NCBI GenBank assembly: GCA_902776545.1
Contig: CACYQO010000031.1
Coordinates: 7,161 to 71,160 of the forward strand
Reading direction: 5' to 3'
From: an uncultured Prevotellaceae bacterium
Lineage (GTDB): Bacteria > Bacteroidota > Bacteroidia > Bacteroidales > Bacteroidaceae
Length of the DNA: 64,000 nt
Below, one piece after another: positions 41,989-51,415 of the stretch. The position numbers were made by a program, and so were the translations under genes. Each line of letters starts with the position of its first letter. Within the stretch, counting starts at the first letter, position 1. Under the pieces are notes generated by a model. It was not told the DNA's origin. It saw only the letters and a program-made list of their open reading frames with translations, and did no database searches.

Positions 41989-43311
41989 CTAAAGACCACC
42001 TTCAAATTCCTTTATTTTATTCAGATAATACAGACGCAGGTCCTGCCACTTGTAGTAGGGCCAGTTGTCTGTTTGTGCAGGCATATAAGCCTCCCTCTCG
42101 TTCAACAGGGCCTTCACGAGGATGTCGCCTTCCTTACCCTTTTTCGGACGGTAGAACACCAACTGGATGTTACAGCCCATGGGGAAGATGCGGTAGTTGC
42201 GCCAGTAGGTATCAAGCTCGTCGAGGTTCTCCACAGCCATACCACAATTATCCAGCTCTAACAAACAGGCCAAGGGCATTACACATACCTCGTGGCCGAA
42301 GCGCAGCGTGGCCTGTGTCTGGGTGACGGTATCAGCCGTCTCAATGATGTTCTTCAGGAGGTTCAGCTGGCTGAAAGGCATCTTTGAGCCAGAGACAGGA
42401 GAAGCACCGTAGTCGAGATACCAGCCGACATTGCGGATGCGCCACTGGTCGTACACCTCATCGTCGGTGAAGAGCGACAGCAATTCGATGTCTGTATCGT
42501 GGCTCTGCATGTTCGCTGCCACTTCAAAGAGACGACGCATGAAGTCGCCAGAAGCCACATTATTATAGACCCATTGCTGGTCGTTGAAGAGGGCTTTCAT
42601 CAGACGCTCGGGGTGGGTGTATTTCTGCTGGGCCTCGGCATATTCCTTGTCGCCAGTCGTTCTTCCCTGTTCCTTGACGACTCCCTCCCAAGGCTGGTTC
42701 AGATAATATTGCAACGACTCACTCACGTCGTTGTGGATCTGGGCCGTGGGGTTGGCAGCTGCCAGCTCCTCACACTCGGCAATCATCGAGAGGATGCAGC
42801 GGATGACGACGGTGCTGCGGGCGTCGATCTTCACGCCTGGGGTCTTGAAGATCTCTGGGAAGTTTTGGGCCATACGCTTTCCGATGCCATGATGCTGGCG
42901 CTCGCCGACGGTCGTCAGGTCACCCAGACGCTTTTCCGTTGTGGGGTGGAAGGCCTCTAACTTCTGGAGTGTCTCTTCGCCTAATGGTGTCAGTTTCCCT
43001 GCCTCACGGGCACTCTTCAGCGTGGTCATGGGCAGCCGATAGTCGCCCTCCCAGATCAGCCAGCGCGAACCGTGACGGCCGTAATGTGTCATGTAGAAAG
43101 GCTCATAGCCTTTGGGGGCTGGCGTCAATGCCTTGTCCGTCAGCTGACGGTCATAGTCCAGATAGTTACTCCCCGCCAGATAACGGTTGGCGACAATCTC
43201 ATCCTTCGCAGAAGTCTCAAATACAGGTGCCTTTTGCGCTACGCTAAATGATGAATGACAAATGATAAATGATAAAGCAATCAACAGCTTCTTGTCCATT
43301 TTGGTAATCAT
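41989..43311 (-). CDS. histidine acid phosphatase (MINPP/phytase-like)
   Basis: HYGRHGSRW and RFGHE motifs; signal peptide. Confidence 0.85.
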   Translation of the reverse strand: MITKMDKKLLIALSFIICHSSFSVAQKAPVFETSAKDEIVANRYLAGSNYLDYDRQLTDKALTPAPKGYEPFYMTHYGRHGSRWLIWEGDYRLPMTTLKSAREAGKLTPLGEETLQKLEAFHPTTEKRLGDLTTVGERQHHGIGKRMAQNFPEIFKTPGVKIDARSTVVIRCILSMIAECEELAAANPTAQIHNDVSESLQYYLNQPWEGVVKEQGRTTGDKEYAEAQQKYTHPERLMKALFNDQQWVYNNVASGDFMRRLFEVAANMQSHDTDIELLSLFTDDEVYDQWRIRNVGWYLDYGASPVSGSKMPFSQLNLLKNIIETADTVTQTQATLRFGHEVCVMPLACLLELDNCGMAVENLDELDTYWRNYRIFPMGCNIQLVFYRPKKGKEGDILVKALLNEREAYMPAQTDNWPYYKWQDLRLYYLNKIKEFEGGL

Positions 43312-43340
43312 AATATTTATGTTTATTGTTCAATCTTCAA

Positions 43341-44234
43341 TCACTTTCCATAACTATCCTGAATCTGGCGGAGTCGGTAAATCAGATAGGATACGACTTT
43401 GTACGAGAACGGGAAGTATTTCTGTTCCTTGTAGCCGATGAAGTCGTACATGGTGGCATAATGTATGAACTCTGATTTCAGGGGATGGACACATTCCTTA
43501 AACCAAGGCTTCAATCCACGGCAGTAGTGTACGATGGCAGGATCTTCACGGTCGGCGAGGATGCGGTCCCATTTGCTGAAGTGGGTCTGCCATTGGCTGG
43601 TGGGATAGAACCAGTCTTCCATGAAGTTATATTTGAAATCGAGGTATTTCACCTTGCCGCTCAATATTTTGTTTGCAGCGTCTTGATCAACATAGAGACA
43701 AGTATCTATATGTTCTTTTAAATAGTTGACCATCTTTTGACCGATGTTGTTTTGCCGCCAGTAGTCAAGGTTGATGAGTTGAACGCCGGCATTGAAATAA
43801 GGTGTGTCAATCTTGTTACGATTGTGTACGAAGATATCATCACCTCGCTGGTCTTCCACAACACCACAGGCATAACCGTCAAGCGGTGTGTTCCATAAAC
43901 TGGAAAGGTCATGTCTGACAATAGTATCACCATCAAGATAAATGACTTTTTCATCTTCTATCATGTCGGCAATCATAAAACGGTTATAGGTAGCAAAAGA
44001 ATAGCGCTTATGGAAAGGTAAGTTTTCGTAAAACTCCTTTGGAATTTGTTTAATAATAATCTGTTGCTTATAAATGGTGGCAAGACGATAAAATTTACTA
44101 ATATGATCCTCTTTAAGACCACTGGTAAGTAAATAAATACGACAATCATTTTGCCGGTTGTTTTCGAAGATGGAAGTAATCAACGCCAAACATGGCATGA
44201 CGTAGTATTGGGATAAGCTAATGGCGAAGTTCAT
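43341..44234 (-). CDS. glycosyltransferase family 8
   Basis: YLDGD, YFNAGV..NL, DQDAAN, IVHY...KPW motifs. Confidence 0.9.
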   Translation of the reverse strand: MNFAISLSQYYVMPCLALITSIFENNRQNDCRIYLLTSGLKEDHISKFYRLATIYKQQIIIKQIPKEFYENLPFHKRYSFATYNRFMIADMIEDEKVIYLDGDTIVRHDLSSLWNTPLDGYACGVVEDQRGDDIFVHNRNKIDTPYFNAGVQLINLDYWRQNNIGQKMVNYLKEHIDTCLYVDQDAANKILSGKVKYLDFKYNFMEDWFYPTSQWQTHFSKWDRILADREDPAIVHYCRGLKPWFKECVHPLKSEFIHYATMYDFIGYKEQKYFPFSYKVVSYLIYRLRQIQDSYGK

Positions 44235-44334
44235 ATACTTTTTGTTTGCAAAGATACGATTTTTCTCATAATTACGCAACAATTTCCTTTTATTTTTGTA
44301 CCTTTGCGGCTGATAATTATAAAATAGGTACATC

Positions 44335-45210
44335 ATGATACAATCAATGACGGGTTACGGCAAGGCAGTCGTGGCCTTTAAGGAGAAGAAAATCCATGTA
44401 GAGGTGAAGTCGCTCAACTCGAAGCAGCTTGACCTGAACACCCGTATTGCACCGCTCTATCGTGAGAAGGAGATGGAGATGCGCCAGATGGTGGCTGAGG
44501 CCCTTATCCGTGGTAAGGTGGACATGAGTGTGTGGATAGAAAAGGATATGGCCGTGGATCCGACACCCATCAATGCGGCCCTCGTGGAAAACTATTACCA
44601 GCAGATCAAGGCCATCTCTGAAAAGACGGGCATCCCTATGCCGGAAGACAGTTTCTATACGCTGCTGCGGATGCCTGACGTGCTGACAAAGACGGACATG
44701 GAGGAGCTGGACGAGGAGGAGTGGCAGACCGTGAAGGGTGCCGTGAAAGAAGCCCTCGACAACCTTGTGGACTTCCGTAAGCAGGAGGGTTCCGCCCTTC
44801 AGAAGAAGTTTACTGAGAAGATCGATAACATCGCCAGTCTGCTGGCTTCCATCGAACCCTACGAACAGAGCCGTGTGGAGAAGATTAAGGCTCGCATCGT
44901 AGATGGCCTGCAGCAGATTCCAGGTGTGGAGTACGACCGTAACCGTTTGGAACAGGAGTTGATCTATTACATCGAGAAGCTCGACATCAGCGAGGAGAAG
45001 CAACGCCTGACGAACCATCTGAAGTATTTCCGCGATACGATGGCTGAGCCTGCCGGACAAGGCAAGAAGTTGGGTTTCATCGCTCAGGAAATGGGCCGTG
45101 AGATCAACACCACAGGCTCGAAGTCAAATCAGGCTGAGATGCAGAACATCGTCGTCAAGATGAAGGACGAATTGGAGCAGATTAAGGAACAAGTGCTCAA
45201 CGCCTTGTAG
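44335..45210 (+). CDS. yicC: YicC/YloC family endoribonuclease
   Basis: SMTGYG, KSLNSK, DISEE..RL, QEMGREINTTGSK motifs. Confidence 0.92.
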   Translation: MIQSMTGYGKAVVAFKEKKIHVEVKSLNSKQLDLNTRIAPLYREKEMEMRQMVAEALIRGKVDMSVWIEKDMAVDPTPINAALVENYYQQIKAISEKTGIPMPEDSFYTLLRMPDVLTKTDMEELDEEEWQTVKGAVKEALDNLVDFRKQEGSALQKKFTEKIDNIASLLASIEPYEQSRVEKIKARIVDGLQQIPGVEYDRNRLEQELIYYIEKLDISEEKQRLTNHLKYFRDTMAEPAGQGKKLGFIAQEMGREINTTGSKSNQAEMQNIVVKMKDELEQIKEQVLNAL

Positions 45211-45222
45211 GGCGCAGAGGAA

Positions 45223-45330
45223 GTTTATAGTTGATTGTTTATGGTTTATAGATGATAACCTGGCAAGCCCTTGTGTCATCGGAGACTATAGAAGTAATCA
45301 TCTATAAACTATAAACAATAAACTATAAAC
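45223..45330. repeat. inverted (TTTATAG)n..(CTATAAA)n element, opposite orientation to the 41878 copy
   Basis: Inner arms GATGATAACCTGGCAAGCC and CTATAGAAGTAATCATC identical to the 41878 copy; centre differs. Confidence 0.9.
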
Positions 45331-45336
45331 AAAAAA

Positions 45337-45915
45337 ATGAAGGGCAAATTAATCATCGTAAGTGCTCCCAGCGGGACTGGCAAAAGCACGATCATCTCGT
45401 GGCTGATGAAGGAGCATCCTGAGTTAAATCTGGCGTTCTCGATCTCTTGTACTTCTCGGACTCCGAGAGGTACGGAACAGAACGGTGTGGAGTATTTCTT
45501 CCTGACACCCGATGAGTTCCGTCAGCGCATCGACAACGGTGAATTCTTAGAGTATGAGGAGGTCTACGAAGGCCGTTTCTATGGCACATTGAAGTCACAG
45601 GTCGAGCGACAGCTGGAGGCAGGACAGAACGTGGTGTTCGACGTTGACGTGAAGGGTGGCGTGAACATCAAACAGTTCTATGGCGATAAGGCTTTGAGTC
45701 TTTTCATCCAGCCGCCGTCTATCAACGAACTCCGTCGCAGATTAGAGAGTCGTGGTACAGATGCCCCAGAGGTCATCGATCAGCGTATCGCCCGTGCAGA
45801 GTTTGAACTGACCTATGCCGATAAGTTCGATAAGGTGGTGGTCAACGATATCTTGGAATATGCCGAGGCCGATGCCTTGGCCGTCATACAGGAGTTTTTA
45901 AATAACGACAATTAA
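45337..45915 (+). CDS. gmk: guanylate kinase
   Basis: SAPSGTGKST, TSRTPRGTE.NGVEYFF, YGT motifs. Confidence 0.96.
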   Translation: MKGKLIIVSAPSGTGKSTIISWLMKEHPELNLAFSISCTSRTPRGTEQNGVEYFFLTPDEFRQRIDNGEFLEYEEVYEGRFYGTLKSQVERQLEAGQNVVFDVDVKGGVNIKQFYGDKALSLFIQPPSINELRRRLESRGTDAPEVIDQRIARAEFELTYADKFDKVVVNDILEYAEADALAVIQEFLNNDN

Positions 45916-45931
45916 AACAACAAAAGCAACT

Positions 45932-46513
45932 TTGAAGCGGATAGGACTCTTCGGCGGATCCTTCAACCCCATCCACAACGGGCATCTCTCGCTGGCTCTG
46001 CAACTGAAAGAGCAGGCGGGACTCGACGAGGTGTGGTTGATGGTGTCTCCACAGAACCCCTTGAAACAAGTAGGCGACCTGCTTGACGACGAACAACGCT
46101 TACAGATGGCTCGTCTGGCGGTGGAGCATGTAGAGGGCATCGTGGTCAGCGATTACGAGATACACCTGCCAAGGCCGTCGTACACCTGGAACACCCTCGA
46201 GGCTCTCAAACGTGACTATCCTGACCGTCAGTTCATCTTGATGATCGGTGGTGACAACTGGGAACATTTCGACCGTTGGTATCGCGCTGTGGATATCAAG
46301 GCTAACTACGAAATTGTGGTCTATACCCGGACCCCAGGCGATTCTGGATTCATCGACATCTCCAGCACTGACATCCGCCGCAGAATTCGTGAGGGTAGGG
46401 GTATCCGCCGCCTGGTGCCCAAAGCCGTAGCCGACTATATTAAGGAAAACCAACTCTATAATAATAAAGGTGAAAGGGTAAAAAATGAGGAAAGGAAGAT
46501 TCAGGAATATTAA
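45932..46513 (+). CDS. nadD: nicotinate-nucleotide adenylyltransferase
   Basis: GGSFNPIHNGH, PSYT, IGGD, ISST motifs. Confidence 0.94.
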   Translation: MKRIGLFGGSFNPIHNGHLSLALQLKEQAGLDEVWLMVSPQNPLKQVGDLLDDEQRLQMARLAVEHVEGIVVSDYEIHLPRPSYTWNTLEALKRDYPDRQFILMIGGDNWEHFDRWYRAVDIKANYEIVVYTRTPGDSGFIDISSTDIRRRIREGRGIRRLVPKAVADYIKENQLYNNKGERVKNEERKIQEY

Positions 46514-48392
46514 TCCTTTAAAGTGGGTTGGCTGGTTGTTTACCCCCATCGTCAGGAATGGCGCCTTCTTCGTGTTTATGTTCGCCCTGGGTTGGATGTG
46601 TACGCAGTTGGAGTTGATGCCATATTATCTGCGCGAACGTGGCGCTAAGCCCTACGAACTGACGCTGCCAGAGTTGTTCCTCGACATCTATGTCCTCTGT
46701 GTTTTCCTGACGCTCATCCCTCGCAAGATTCGCCTGTGGGTGAAAGCGTTATTATACATCTTTCTATATGGTGTGGCCATCGTCGACGTGTTCTGCTATG
46801 TCCGCTTTGAGTCCACCCTGACGCCAACGATGCTGATGCTCGTCGCAGAGACCAGCAGTCAGGAGGCACGTGAGTTCCTCTCCGGCTATCTGAGTTTTGC
46901 CATTCTTATGACCAGCGTGGGCTGGATCCTGTTGCTGATGCTCATTCATATCATCTGGACCTTTATCCGTCGCAGGCTGAATAACGCCCGTCGGCTGATG
47001 GTCCTGCCAAAGCTGAACGAGGGTGTTGTGATAGGCATACAGGCTGTATTAGGCTGCCTCGTGGCCTGGTGTCTCTACAGTAGCATCAGCCAGACGTGGG
47101 ACAACAAGGTAGCCATGCGACGCCTCTTCTCCTGCAATACCCTCGGCGAAGTGGAACGAGAACAGAACCGTAAGGATCACGCAAAACTCTATCTGCCTGT
47201 CTATCGTCTAGCCTTCGGAATCTACGCCAACAGTCTGGCTGACCAGCAATTAGAACAGTTGGAGATTGCCGGCGGGGATCAGATACAGATCGACAGTTGT
47301 TGCTTCCGAATACCTGACATCGTGCTCGTTATCGGCGAGAGCTACAACAAGCACCACTCCCAACTCTATGGCTACGACAAGCCCACCACTCCCCGTCAGC
47401 GGGCGATGGCCGAGGAGGGTTCACTTGTTCCGTTCTCCGATGTGGTCTCGTCGTGGAATCTCACGAGCTTCGTCTTCAAGCACATGCTTTCGCTTTGGGC
47501 TGTCGGCGACAGCGGGGCGTGGTGCGACAAGCCGCTCTTTCCAGAGGTTTTCCGTCTGGCGGGCTACCACGTGACGTTCCTCACCAACCAGTTCCTGCCA
47601 CATGCGAAAGAGGCCGTCTATGATTTCAGCGGCGGTTTCTTCCTCAGCGACTCTGTCCTCAGCCGCCGTTTCTTCGATGAGCGCAACACGACGTTGTACC
47701 GTTATGATGACGGGCTGCTGAAGGAACTGCAACAGAGGGACGGCAAGGGCCGTCTGACGATCCTCCATCTGATGGGATCCCACGTCGACTATTCCGCCCG
47801 ATATCCGAAAGCCTTCAGGCAATTCACCCCCCAGCAGTACAACCGTCCGGAACTCACTCCCAAGCAGCTACAGACCTTGGCCCATTACGACAACTCGTTG
47901 CTTTACAACGACTCCATTCTGAAGGCTGTCACCAGACACTTTGCCGATCGTGACGCTGTCGTCATCTATGTGCCTGACCACGGCGAGGAGGTCTTCGACA
48001 GCGAACCCTACACATCCGGCCGCCTGCACAATGCCGACATCGACTACCGCTTGGCCCGCAACGAGATGGAGATACCCTTCTGGATCTGGGGCTCGCCGCT
48101 ATACCGCAAGAACCATCCCTACGGCTGGCGGGCCATACAGGCAGCGAAAGACCGTCCGCTGATGATCGACGCCCTGCCCCATCTGCTGCTCTACCTTGGT
48201 GGCATCTCGACACCCCTTTATCGCTCTGAACTGAACATCATCAGTCCCGACTACAACGTGAACCGCCCCCGTATCCTTAAAGGTACTACTGATTACGACA
48301 GTTTGAAGCAAAGTAATCATAAAGTTCTTGGCGATGCCAAGCGGCAAAGCCGAGCGCAAAGTTCAAAGTTCAAAGTTCAAAGCTCAAAGTGA
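46485..48392 (+). CDS. phosphoethanolamine transferase (EptA-like, sulfatase fold)
   Basis: N-terminal TM helices; VIGES, HLMGSH, YDNSLLY, DHGE motifs. Confidence 0.88.
   Translation: MRKGRFRNINPLKWVGWLFTPIVRNGAFFVFMFALGWMCTQLELMPYYLRERGAKPYELTLPELFLDIYVLCVFLTLIPRKIRLWVKALLYIFLYGVAIVDVFCYVRFESTLTPTMLMLVAETSSQEAREFLSGYLSFAILMTSVGWILLLMLIHIIWTFIRRRLNNARRLMVLPKLNEGVVIGIQAVLGCLVAWCLYSSISQTWDNKVAMRRLFSCNTLGEVEREQNRKDHAKLYLPVYRLAFGIYANSLADQQLEQLEIAGGDQIQIDSCCFRIPDIVLVIGESYNKHHSQLYGYDKPTTPRQRAMAEEGSLVPFSDVVSSWNLTSFVFKHMLSLWAVGDSGAWCDKPLFPEVFRLAGYHVTFLTNQFLPHAKEAVYDFSGGFFLSDSVLSRRFFDERNTTLYRYDDGLLKELQQRDGKGRLTILHLMGSHVDYSARYPKAFRQFTPQQYNRPELTPKQLQTLAHYDNSLLYNDSILKAVTRHFADRDAVVIYVPDHGEEVFDSEPYTSGRLHNADIDYRLARNEMEIPFWIWGSPLYRKNHPYGWRAIQAAKDRPLMIDALPHLLLYLGGISTPLYRSELNIISPDYNVNRPRILKGTTDYDSLKQSNHKVLGDAKRQSRAQSSKFKVQSSK
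48358..48390 (+). repeat. (AAAGTTC)n heptamer tract at gene junction; related tracts at 49516-49547, 50132-50152 and 33405-33423 (minus)
   Basis: aaagttc aaagttc aaagttc aaagctc aaaGTG. Confidence 0.85.
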
Positions 48393-49510
48393 TTAATCCT
48401 TTTCTGACACGGACGGAATGTACGGCGATGCGCGGTATCGCCATCCTTGCTATCATGCTCCACAACTACTGCCACTACGTCAAGGGCATTGCCAAAGAGA
48501 ACGAATACCAGTTCCTCACCAAGCGTTGTGACCGTCTGTGGGAGGCCCTCACCTGTCCTGACGAATTCCTGCCGATTGATCTCCTTTCCTTCTTCGGCCA
48601 CTACGGCGTGCCCGTGTTCCTCTTCCTCAGCGGCTACGGCCTTATCAGGAAATATGAGCTCGACCCCCAGCCCGTGGGTCACATCCCCTTCCTCCGCTAT
48701 CACTATCTCAAGCTCCTCCGCATGCTTGTCGTCGGCTTCGTCCTATTCATCATGGTCGATGCCGTCACCCCAGGTCGTTTCCCTTTCCATTGGGACAATG
48801 TCATCGCCCAGCTGCTCATGTATATCAACGTGCTGCCCGAGCCCGATAAGATTATCTGGCCAGGCATCTATTGGTTCTTCGGCCTGATGCTGCAGCTCTA
48901 CATCGTCTATCGTCTCTTGCTCTACCGCCGCAGTTCGTGGTATGTGGTGGCGCTGATCGCCGTCTGTTGGCTCCTGCAAGTTTTCTGCGACCCTGATGGC
49001 GACACCATCAACCGCCTCCGTTATAACTTCATCGGCGGCATGCTGCCCTTCGGCCTGGGAGTCCTTTTCGGGGGTGCGGAGGTACGGAGGTGCGGGGGCG
49101 CGAGATTACCTTGGAGAGTATTATCTGCGGCAGGAGTATTCTCGCACCTCCGTACCCCCGCACCCCCGTACCTCCGAATATTCTACCTACTCCTGACTCC
49201 CGTCTCCTGTCTCCTCGTCCTCGTCATGTCCTTCTCCTTCCACTTCTGGCTATGGATCCCTGTGGTGATCATTATCGGCACGATCGCTTTGGTAAAGGCG
49301 CTTCCCACCGTCATACTCAAGCTCTTCGTCTTCTTCGGCTCCTACTCTGCCGCTATCTTTGTGGCCCATCCTATCGCCCGTAAACTCTTCATCACTGTCG
49401 CCTGGCAACGTGATGCCTACGACGGCCTGATGCTCTACTTCGTCGCCGCCATCGGCCTCTCCTGGGCCGTCAAGCAGCTCATCGATCATCTCCCTCTCCC
49501 AAAGATGTAA
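48389..49510 (+). CDS. acyltransferase 3 family membrane protein
   Basis: MRGIAILAIMLHN, GVPVFLFLSGYGL, YWF motifs. Confidence 0.88.
   Translation: MINPFLTRTECTAMRGIAILAIMLHNYCHYVKGIAKENEYQFLTKRCDRLWEALTCPDEFLPIDLLSFFGHYGVPVFLFLSGYGLIRKYELDPQPVGHIPFLRYHYLKLLRMLVVGFVLFIMVDAVTPGRFPFHWDNVIAQLLMYINVLPEPDKIIWPGIYWFFGLMLQLYIVYRLLLYRRSSWYVVALIAVCWLLQVFCDPDGDTINRLRYNFIGGMLPFGLGVLFGGAEVRRCGGARLPWRVLSAAGVFSHLRTPAPPYLRIFYLLLTPVSCLLVLVMSFSFHFWLWIPVVIIIGTIALVKALPTVILKLFVFFGSYSAAIFVAHPIARKLFITVAWQRDAYDGLMLYFVAAIGLSWAVKQLIDHLPLPKM
49067..49178. repeat. inverted 8-mer element in frame in acyltransferase
   Basis: (CGGRGGTR-like)4 CGAGATTACC ... AGTATTCTCG (YACCYCCG)4. Confidence 0.92.
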
Positions 49511-49536
49511 TCATAAAGTTCAAAGCTCAAAGTTCA

Positions 49537-50133
49537 ATGTTCAAAGTCTTTGCCTTCGACTTCGATGGGACGCTGACCACCCGCGATACCCTGATCGCTT
49601 TCATCCGCTATGCCTGTGGCACGCCCCGTTTCCTCCTCGGCTTCCTGCTTCATGCCCCACTTTTGGTGCTGATGAAGCTGAGGCTCTATTCGAACGGCAA
49701 AGCCAAGCAGCGTCTGTTCACCTGGTTCTTCCGAGGGATGCCCTTAGAGGCCTTCGACGCCCTCTGTCAGTCCTTCGCCAGCGCACATCGCCACCTGCTC
49801 AGACCTGAGACCGTCAGCCTGTTACAGCAGGCCCTCTCCGAAGGCGCCGAAGTGCTTATCGTCAGCGCCAGCATCGACAACTGGGTACAGCCCTTCTTCT
49901 CCTCCTTCCACCTTCAACCCTCCACCCTCCACCTTCTTTGCACACAGATCGAGGTCATCGACGGTCGCCTCACCGGCCGTTTCCTCACCCCCAACTGCTA
50001 CGGTCAGGAGAAGGTCCGTCGCATCCTCGCCCTCTATCCCGACCGTTCCGCCTACCGTCTCACCGCCTATGGCGACAGTCGTGGCGACCGCGAACTCCTC
50101 GCCTTCGCCGACGAAGCCCACCTGGTTAGTTAA
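49537..50133 (+). CDS. HAD-IB family hydrolase
   Basis: FDFDGTLT, IVSAS, NCYGQEK, AYGDSRGD motifs. Confidence 0.9.
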   Translation: MFKVFAFDFDGTLTTRDTLIAFIRYACGTPRFLLGFLLHAPLLVLMKLRLYSNGKAKQRLFTWFFRGMPLEAFDALCQSFASAHRHLLRPETVSLLQQALSEGAEVLIVSASIDNWVQPFFSSFHLQPSTLHLLCTQIEVIDGRLTGRFLTPNCYGQEKVRRILALYPDRSAYRLTAYGDSRGDRELLAFADEAHLVS

Positions 50134-50157
50134 TGTTCAATATTCAATATTCTAAGT

Positions 50158-50961
50158 ATGGGAAAGAATCTCACAGCCCGAGAAATCATTGCCTTTATGG
50201 AGTCGCAACAGAATGAGTCGCAGCGACAAGTGCTTATGCGTTTCTTTAAGACGGGTCCTGGCGAATATGGCGAGGGCGACGAGTTTCTCGGACTCAAAGT
50301 GCCCCAGACGCGCGAGGTCGTCAAGAGTGTGGCTAAGGACTTCCCGCTGAGCGAAGTCCCCGAGCTGCTCATGAGCCGCTGGCACGAAGTCCGTCTATGC
50401 GGACTGCTCATCCTCGTGGCGAAGTATGAGAGGCTCGCCACCAAGCGCCTCGAAAACGATGAGGCAGCCATCCTGGGGCGCGATGAAATCCTCACCCTCT
50501 ATCTCCAATACACCGAGCGAGCCAACAACTGGGACCTTGTCGATCTCTCCGTCCCCAAGATCCTCGGCCACTGGCTTCTTCTGCCCACCAGATGCTTTGC
50601 ATTGCCCAATCCTTCATCCCTAACATCCGTAGACAACAAAATCTCGCTTCTCGATACCCTCGCCCACAGCCCCAACCTCTGGAAGCAGCGCATGAGTATG
50701 GTCTGCACGTGGAAGACCACCCAGCTCGGCGACCCCTCCTGGTGCCTCCGCTATGCCGAGATCCATCTCCACCATCCCCACGACCTCATGCACAAAGCCG
50801 TCGGCTGGATGCTCCGCGAGATGGGCAAGCGCATTTCCATGGATCTTCTCCGCGACTTCCTCCGCCAGCACGCCCACGACATGCCTCGTACCGCCCTCCG
50901 TTATGCTATCGAACAGATGTCAGAAAAAGAACGGCAATACTGGATGACCATCCCCGTCTAA
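50158..50961 (+). CDS. DNA alkylation repair protein (AlkD-like)
   Basis: FFKTGPGEYGEGD, NNWDLVD, KAVGWMLRE, RTALRYAIE motifs. Confidence 0.9.
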   Translation: MGKNLTAREIIAFMESQQNESQRQVLMRFFKTGPGEYGEGDEFLGLKVPQTREVVKSVAKDFPLSEVPELLMSRWHEVRLCGLLILVAKYERLATKRLENDEAAILGRDEILTLYLQYTERANNWDLVDLSVPKILGHWLLLPTRCFALPNPSSLTSVDNKISLLDTLAHSPNLWKQRMSMVCTWKTTQLGDPSWCLRYAEIHLHHPHDLMHKAVGWMLREMGKRISMDLLRDFLRQHAHDMPRTALRYAIEQMSEKERQYWMTIPV

Positions 50962-51415
50962 AAACGACTTGACGAAACGGAAAATCAATTAATGAACTCT
51001 GAAAAACCCCTGAGTTAACTCGATCGATGTTTTGAGTTAACTCACGTATTTTTACTACTACAGTCGGTCACTGTCCTTTCGTTGAATAAAACAAGGTGTT
51101 CGTTGAATGGATTTGGCGAGCACCTTATTTTTCCTGTTTTCCGCGCCCTTATGTCCTAAGGATTAAACTATCCTACAAATCAGGCAGTTGCGAGTGTGAG
51201 ATTTGCAAATATGGGTGTCCCGTGCTAACTTTGCACCATGTTTGTACGTAAGAAGGCTAAAAACGCCCAGTTTACAGGCTTCATTCTTCCAGACATCAAC
51301 GTCCTTACTTGCGGTCTGTCCTCCAAAAACATTCGTTAAATAACTACAAAAATGAAGGGGGAACGCATTTTATTGCGATTATAATTATTATATTTGCAAT
51401 AAAAATCGGAAAGGT

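Noticed and set aside
51190..51260. IS1634-like transposase remnant (MFVRKK after a -7 box)
   Set aside because: Only about 6 codons of resemblance and no terminal repeats I can verify.
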